Part shown: one piece after another, positions 56,600-64,000 of the stretch
Numbering within the stretch: position 1 is the first letter of the stretch
Layout: each line of letters starts with the position of its first letter
DNA from: the human T2T-CHM13v2.0 reference genome, Homo sapiens
Direction: 5' to 3' (one strand)
Length of the DNA stretch: 64,000 bases
NCBI RefSeq assembly: GCF_009914755.1
Contig: NC_060935.1
Notes under the pieces: model-generated
The model's input: only the letters and a program-made list of their open reading frames with translations
What the model was told of the DNA's origin: nothing
The model's database searches: none
Program-made: the position numbers and the translations under genes

Positions 56600-57024
56600 T
56601 GTATTAGTCTGTTCTTGCATATATATATATATAGAAATATATAAAGAAATACCTGAGACTGGGTAATTTATAAGAAAAGAGGTTGCATTGGCTCATGGTT
56701 CTGTAGGCTGTGCAGGAAGCATGGCAGCATTTGCTTCTGGAGAGGCCTCAGGGAGCTTTTACTCATAGTGGGAGGCCAAGCGGAAGCAGGTGTCTTACAT
56801 GGTAGGAGCAGTACCGAGAGAGTGGGGAGAGGTGCCACATGTTTTAAACAATGAGATCTCATGAAAATTCACTATCACAAGGACAGTACCAAGAGGGGAT
56901 GGTGCAAAACTATTCATGAGAGACCACCCCTGATCCAATCAGCTCCCACCAGGCCCCACCTCCAACACTGGGGATAACAATTTGACATGAGATTTGGGCG
57001 GGGACACAGATACAAACCATATCA
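56600..57024 (-). mobile_element. MSTA-like solo LTR
   Basis: TGTATTAGTCTGTTCTTGCA...ATACCTGAGACTGGGTAATTTATAAG...CAAACCATATCA; TSD TCAGG at 56595-56599 and 57025-57029. Confidence 0.92.
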
Positions 57025-57237
57025 TCAGGTAACTGCCAAGCATGGGAGGAGGAAGACCTAGAAGGATAGGGCAGATTCTGACTTACGGGCTGCAATTTTG
57101 CAGCATCCTCTTTCTCTGGGTCCCACCTGCTTCTGTAGCCCTGCCCTCTGGCTCTGCACAGTGGCACAGCCCCTACTCTTAGCATTTTCCTGCATCATCC
57201 ACCAGCCTGGTCTTGTCTGGTCGCTTGTTCCTGAGTC

Positions 57238-57660
57238 TGCTCATTCATTCATTGACTCATTCAGTGCATATTTACTAAGCTTGGGATGAGCCAGGCACAG
57301 GCTAAGTACAGGCATACAAATACTGTGAACAAAATGAAAAAGGGGACAAAGTCCATGCATCCTTGGAGCTTGGAGCAAGAGACATATGAACTAATATGAA
57401 CAAATAAATGTATAAAAAATGTCAGGTAGTGAGAAGTGCAATGAAGAAAATAACACAAGATAAGGCTTTCAAGAACAAGGCTGCTGTATTATACAGGAGG
57501 CCTGGGGAGGCCTTTGGTAAAATAGCAGCTGATTGCAGCCCTATGGGTCTCTGGGACAGGCAAGCATTCCGGGGCGAGAAACCCCAAGGCAGAAGCGTGC
57601 TTGGCGCATTTGAAGAAAAGCAAGAGGCACTGTGGCTGGAAAGAGAGTGGTCAGGGCATC
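57238..57660 (-). mobile_element. L2 LINE 3' fragment
   Basis: TCATTCATTCATT...ATATTTACTAAGC...GCCAGGCAC...CCTTGGAGCTT...GAGGCACTGTGGCTGGA. Confidence 0.7.
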
Positions 57661-58846
57661 TCTGAGAAGGAGCTATTTAAGCCAAGAATCAGCAAGAAAA
57701 AAAGTCAGGTCTTCAAAGTCAAGGAAAGAAGGAGCGTTTATATGAGATAGATTTGTAAAGCATGGTGGCTGGCACATAGAAAGTGCTCCGTCAATGGGGA
57801 CTGTGACTTCTATTGGATTTCCGATCCGGGAGGTGGTGAACAAGGAAGCCTCAAGGTCAAAGGCTGTTGATCACCACAGCTGTTACCAAGTGGTTTAGGG
57901 AAACTGCCTGAGCCTGAGAGCAAGGCAAGCCTGTGTTAATTTCTGTTATTGAGTCATTGCCCTTGTTGCTATGTGGAGAGGGCTAGAATGTTTTTATGCT
58001 GGGCTCCGCGGGGAAGAGGGTGGTGATTTCTGTGGCTGGTGGTTGGATGTTCCCCGATCGCCTTTATGTCTCCCTCCTTCCCTCTCAGTCCTTTTCTTCA
58101 CCCAACAAAAGACTTCAGAGGCCAGGAGGAGAGGGACTCACAGCAATTATATTAACACCAGGCGTGGGTAGTTTGTAGAGTGCTTTCACGTTTCATCTAC
58201 TTCATCATCAGAACAGCTCTCTAAGGGAGAGGAGGGGGAATCTATGATCCTGTCAATTTCACAGCTGAGAAACTGAGTCCCAGAGAAGTTATTGAGGAAT
58301 TTACGAAGTTCTGGGATGTCAGGAGGGTTTACTGTCCTAGTTGAAGAGCCCAGGAAGACCTCATCTTTTTGCTCTTTGTGTGCGTTGAGGAAGGAGCGCA
58401 TGAGTGAGGGTAGATGGCTCTGACAGGGAGACACTGGAAAGGTCAACGCAGTAGTTAACCAGGCCATGCTAAGCACATCCTGGGGCCAACCCACTTGCCT
58501 GCCAGAAAAGGCCACATGTCTCCACAGTATGACAAGGACATTCCTCTCTACAGGTTATGCCAACCTCAAGACAGAGAAGAAACCAAGTGGGATTATGAGC
58601 TGACACAATGAGACACAGGCTTATAAACCTGCTCCTTGTGGTCCCCTGGAAGGCTGCGTTCATCAGAGTCTCTCTTCTCTAATGTTTTTCTCCACTAGTC
58701 CCCTGGACATCAATCAACTTGGCTCTGTCAAGCGTCTCAGCCTCCTGCATGACCACTTGCCTTTCCTTCTCCTCTCTCCTGCCCTTCCTAGGGGCTTCAC
58801 AGGGACAGGAAGCCAATCCTCTTGCTCATTTCTTTCTTCCTTCTTG

Positions 58847-58919
58847 CATCCATCCATCCATTTGTCTGTCCATCCATCCATCCATCCATCCATCCATCCA
58901 TCCATCTATCCGTCCATCC
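58847..58919. repeat. (TCCA)n microsatellite
   Basis: Imperfect CATC repeats. Confidence 0.95.
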
Positions 58920-59769
58920 TTAGAGTTATTACTATGTGCTAGGGGTTATGAGGATGGATGAGGGGTGGGCTCTACCCTGCCAGACCCTGGTTTCTGTGAT
59001 CTCTCAGGCTGCATGGATAGAGGGGAAAGCATGAAGAAAGGGTTGGCAGCCATTGTGATGGTGATGCTCTGAGGAGGGGCTTGGGATGCTCCACCTGAGA
59101 CTCAGTCTTTCCAGGAACAACTAGAATTGGAAAGGCAGGAACCTGCTTCCAATGGCCATGGGGAGATAGATGCCTAAGAACCTTCTGGATCTGATGTGAT
59201 GCCATGGGCTTTTCTCATGAGTTGACAACCTTTTCTCTCAGGGAGAGGAGTTGGACTTCTTATAGAAGCCACAATGCCTTACAAAAGGTAGAAGCTGATC
59301 TTTAGATATGTCTTCTATTCAGACTTTTCTCTCAACAGCTCTCCACCTCTATCCATCCTCAGAGTAGCCCTTGTGAAGCACAAATCTGATCGTATCCCTC
59401 CCCTGCTCAACAACCGTCTATGGCTCTCCAGTGCCTTTGGGAAAAAGCCCAAGCTTCTTTGCCTTGTCCCTTGGTGTCTTTTCAGTTTCACCTTCAACTG
59501 CATTCTTCCCAGAACTCAGTGTTCCAGTTTATGACCATGGGTTCTCAGGCCCCCAGGCCTTCTCTCAACTCTATTTCCTCTGTAAGTTGTGTGCTGGTAA
59601 ACTGACAATCCAGAAAAAATAAAGACTAAAGAATCCCTGAGTTGTAGCATACGTCAATTTCTGTGGTGTGGGCCAATTTCAATCTACTGACATGACATCA
59701 TTGAACGCAAAGCTGGGTGGGAAGAAACTCAAAGGATTTGTCCTTGTAAGCCCTTCCCCTTACTCCAGT

Positions 59770-60000
59770 GGAGGCAGTACAGTGTCCAAGTTAAGAGTGC
59801 TGTACTCCCCGTTCCCTGCTTTCAGCGGTGTGACTTCAGGCAAGCTACTTAAACTCTCCCTGCCTCAGTTTTCCCTTTTCTAAAATGGGGAGAGGGATCT
59901 CATATTGTTCCTAGGATCATTATAAGAAGGAAATGAGAGGATGCATTACAGTGCTTAGCACTATGCCTGGCTCATGATAAATGCTTAATAAATGTCAACC
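59770..60000 (+). mobile_element. MIR SINE
   Basis: GTGTGACTTCAGGCAAGCTACTTAAACTCTCCCTGCCTCAGTTTTCC...GTGCTTAGCACTATGCCTGG. Confidence 0.8.
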
Positions 60001-61712
60001 ATCACCATCTGCCAGTGAAACACTTCCACATCTTGTATCCTCAGCTCAAACCACCTCCTCCCCAGAGCCTTCTGTGATTTCTTCATTGAACTAAATTACT
60101 CCCTCCTCTCCCTTAGAGAGCTTTTCTGGTGATGAAGTAGGAGATGAGAAGTGAAAGTACTTTACAAACTACCCATGCCGGGTGTCAACTAAATGTATGC
60201 ATTGCTCATGCATTTCTTTACCACTGAAGTTGTTTTACCTTGTAACATGATGATTGGGTCTAAAGCCCCAAGGCTGTCCTGGGCCTGATTCTGCTGTATC
60301 CTCAGCATTTTGTAAAGAACACAGTGGGTGCTCAAATCCATCTTTAGGGGTGATCAGTGAGCTTGTGCATGAGACACAATGTGTAAGGGACTGGGGAAGG
60401 AAAGGAGGCAGAGATATGGATGGGTGTGCAGGGGGGAGCTAGTGGCATCACTTGGATGATCCAGTGTGTGTACATGACAAGGCACATCTGGCGAGGTGCG
60501 CCTACCTAGAGAGCCAGGTGGCCCTCATCCCTCAGAGCTGAAAAGGCCACAGCCCTTCCAGCTTGGGGAATGGCCTTAGCAGCTGGCTCCCAGGGAGGGG
60601 CTCATCTGTGACAGCAAAGCCAGCAGCCTGGCTATTAGAGAGCAGCCAGCATGGGGCTGCAACCCAATGGAAAAATAAATCCCCATCATGCCAGACATGC
60701 TTGCTTCCAGACTGGGGGAGTTAATAAAGTGACTCTGAGGTGGTTTGGAGCCACTGTGGAGGGGCTGCGGAGGAATTTTCTCATTTCTCGTAAAACTTTA
60801 ATTAGTGTTAGTCACTTCAAGTGATTACGGGGACTTAAAATAGCCACCGGCTGGGAGCTTTAATGACACATACGAGGCCATTTTGTTTGTTTCTACAGGG
60901 AGCTGAGCTGGGCTTGTAATAGACACACATTTGTCTCCTCGCTGGACCGTGAGCAACTGGGAGCTCTGTGAAGGCAGGGACAAGTAGAGCTTGTCTGTGT
61001 GTCCCCATGATTGGCACAGAGCCTGAGACATCAGAGAGGCACCACAAGCCTAAATGGACTGCCACTCACTGGCTAAGGGGACCTGTCAGCTCCAACCCAG
61101 TCCCTGGTTTATTGCATTCTCTAGAACTTCTTCCCCAAGTGTTTACTTTTAATCTGTTTTTTCCCACTAGAATATTAGTGTTCTGCTCACTGCTGTATTC
61201 CCAGTGCCCAGATGTAGTAGGAGCTGAATGGAAGGATGGATGAGATGGGACACCATCTTCCAAAAGTGCCACTGGGAGTCCCAGGAGGGCACCTGTATTG
61301 CTGCCACCCGTGGACCTGCCTTCCAGATGGCCGAGACCTGCTTCCAACCAATTTAGTTTTGTTTGTTCCACAAATTCCTCTGCAGGCACAGCCATGCTTC
61401 CCTCCTCCCCCTGCCCATAACACCCTGAGAAACATCCTCTGAGAAAAGGATCCCAGAGTAGTCACTGATGCTGTAGTATGAATTTCAGGAAGTGTCTTGC
61501 CTCTCTAGGTTGTCTCTAAGTCTCCACTCTTATCATGGGAGGACAGGCTTTGCTGTCTTTGTGAATTGATCTTGGATGTCAAAAAGGGAGGAGGAGGGTT
61601 TAGTCCCAGCTCTCCCTGAGGGGGGTTTAGTATGTAATGGTGAAGATCATAGGTTTGGAGTCAGGCTGTCCGGGTTCAAATCCTGGCTCTGCTGTTTCCT
61701 AGCTTTCTCTCT

Positions 61713-62006
61713 CCCCTCCCTCTTTTCTTTTTTGAGACACTTGCCCATGCTGGAGTGTGGTAGCATGATCTTGGCTTACTGCAGCCTTGGCCTCCTCGGA
61801 CTCAGGTGATTCTCCTGCCTCAGCATCCTGAGTATATGGGACCACAGGTGTGTGTCACCACACCCAGCTAATTTTTTTGTCGTTTTTGTAGAGACAGTGT
61901 TTCACCATGTTGCCCAGGCTGGTCTCAAACTCCTGGGCTCAAGCGATTCACCCACCTTGGCCTCCCAAAGTGCTAGGATTACAGGTGTGAGCCACTGTGC
62001 CTGGTC
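61713..62006 (-). mobile_element. AluJ (first of a tandem pair inserted in a MIR)
   Basis: Alu dimer; target CCTAGCTTTCTCTCT at 61698-61712 and 62007-62021. Confidence 0.92.
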
Positions 62007-62021
62007 CCTAGCTTTCTCTCT

Positions 62022-62331
62022 TTCTTTTTTCTTTTCATGTCTTTTGTGAGACAAGGTCTTGCTCTGTTGCCCAGGCTGGAGTGCAGTAGTGTGATTGAGG
62101 CTCACTGTAGCCTTGACCTCCTGGACTCAAGGGATCCCCCTGCCTCAGTCTCCTAAGTAGCTGGGGCTATAGGCACACAGCACCACACTTGGCTAAATTT
62201 TAGTTTTTTGTTTGTAGAAACTGGGTCTTGCTATGTTGCCCAAGCTGGTCTTGAATTCCTGGGCTCAAGTGATCTTCCTGCCTTAGCTTCCTAAAGTGTT
62301 GGGATTACAGGTGTGAACCATTGTGCCAGGC
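62022..62331 (-). mobile_element. AluJ (second of the tandem pair)
   Basis: Alu dimer; third target copy CCTAGCTTTCT at 62339-62349, after which the MIR resumes. Confidence 0.92.
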
Positions 62332-63139
62332 TCTGCTTCCTAGCTTTCTAATCTCAGTTTTCTTATCTGAAAAAGGGGCACGTCAGTAGGATGTGTATTT
62401 CACTGAGGTGTTGTGATTACGTAGTGGATATTCAGTAAACGTCAACCACTGCAATTTTTGGCTGAGCATGTCTTTGGAACCTCGGGTGTGTCCCTCTCCT
62501 TCTCTGAGCCTCAGTTTCACCTCAGGAGGCACAGGCAGGCTGTGAACTCTCACTAGCCCGAGTTCATTTCCCATGCCTGCCACTTTCAACTGTGTGACGG
62601 TGGGCAAAACACTGACCTTCTCCGATCTCTGTTTCCTCATCCACACAATGGGGACTATAAATCTTTTCATTCATGACACAACACAGGGAAAGTCTCAGCA
62701 CCTGACATGGAGTCAGGTCCATGCTGGTCATATTGATTGTTTCCCTGTCTCTGAGTGAAGACGGTGGCCCGGCCTGTCTCTCAGGCCCGTCCTTCCCCTC
62801 CTATTTGCTTGGGCCACTGGGCTCTGAATCCCCTGCTCCCCACAGGCATGGCATCCTCTGTCCACCTTCCAGACCCTGAGTGATGAGCGCCATCATGGTC
62901 ACTTCAGGCAAAGTTTAAGCAAGAAGCAAGCCCTGTACTGACTGAACACCCACCCCTGCTTTCTCACCTGCTCAGTGCCCTCATGCCTTTACAAATCCTC
63001 CCTTTTCCCAAAGCAGGCCATTCTTAGAGGATCAGCTCTGTGTGTGGGAGTGGAGTGGGGAAAGTTCAGGGGAGTCGCTGCCTGGGGAAATGGGGATAGG
63101 GCTACTGGGAGAACCCACTAACAGCACATCCAGCAGCTG

Positions 63140-63650
63140 GGGAAACAGAAACAGAATGTGCAGCAACCCTTCGTGGCTCCCCTGTCTGCACTAGAATCAT
63201 GTCCAAATGCTTTACCAGCAAGGTCACCCCCTCCCCCCGCCTCACTCACCATGCTTCTGCCACGCCAGGCTTCCGGTTCATCACTCGGTCTTGCTCGTTC
63301 TCGTTCTTACCTCATGGCCTTTGCGTGTTCAGTTCCATCAGTCTGGGACACCCTTCCTTCTCTCCATCTGGTCAATATCTACTCACCTTTTAGTCTTCTT
63401 CTTAAATGTAACTTTCTTGGGGAGGGCATGTCTGACCACCCTCAAGTACTTTAGGGCCCCTCTGTTAGACACAGCCACCATGTCTTCTAAGATATTGTCA
63501 TAGCCTTCATCAGAAATACCTGCAATCAGTCAGTTCATCGACTGTGTTGTGAGTTAATCAGTCAGTTCATCAATTGTATAATGACTGCTTGCATTAGGCT
63601 CTGAACTCTATAATGGCAAGCGTAGAGTCTGCCTTGTTCACCAGGTAGGT
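63140..63650 (+). mobile_element. L2 LINE fragment
   Basis: GGCCTTTGCGTGTTCAGTTCCATCAGTCTGGGACACCCTTCC...AATGTAACTTTCTTGGGGAGG..TCTGACCACCC. Confidence 0.6.
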
Positions 63651-64000
63651 GTCTGCTTTTGTTACTAGGTAAGGTTGTTTGAAAGGAACATAATACATGT
63701 ATTCATTCAACAAACATTTGTTGGGCACCTACTACATATCAGGTATGTGGTATTCTTTACTCCCTGCCCTCAGGGAGCTGGAGCCAAGGGATCAAGACTG
63801 ACATGGAGAGACAAAGTTGGAAAAGTACTGCACTGGGGGAATGTTCTAAGCGTTATAGGATGATAGTGGAAGGGATCACAACCCAGTATGGGGTTTGGAG
63901 TGCGGATAAAGTGAAGGCTGGGAGGGCTTCACAGGGGCAGGCAAATCAGAGTTGGGTCTTTACAGATGCATAGGAGTTGAAAGGGCATTCCCGACATGTA

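Noticed and set aside
60684-60702. p53 response element
   Set aside because: Only one perfect half-site (AGACATGCTT); the neighbouring half is degenerate and mis-spaced.

Overview
64 kb of primate, most likely human, non-coding genomic DNA (intergenic or deep intronic). I found no supportable host protein-coding exon, tRNA, rRNA or CRISPR array. The only ORFs with recognisable protein homology are transposon relics: L1 ORF1/ORF2 and HERV-L gag. The window is dense with interspersed repeats: MIR, L2, MLT1/MST/THE1 LTRs, hAT and Tigger MITEs, about 11 Alu/FLAM copies, a full-length dead L1PA, and a 3'-truncated MLT2A/HERV-L provirus. Subfamily names come from recalled consensus sequences, not from a RepeatMasker run. 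Structure not explained by the repeats: (1) a ~110-bp, 87%-identical inverted repeat pair ~1 kb apart (14248-14371 / 15354-15466) that I do not recognise as a transposon; (2) a perfect 67-bp copy of 60196-60262 pasted into the TA-rich tract of the MLT2A LTR 5.5 kb away, inside a complex scar of direct and inverted templated pieces; (3) several other templated or slippage duplications; (4) a five-layer nested insertion L2 > MLT1F > AluJ > L1PA > AluY, with target-site duplications (TSDs) readable at the MLT1F and AluY layers. I found no clearly novel protein-coding system. The best candidates for undescribed biology are the inverted-repeat module and the long-range templated-repair scar.
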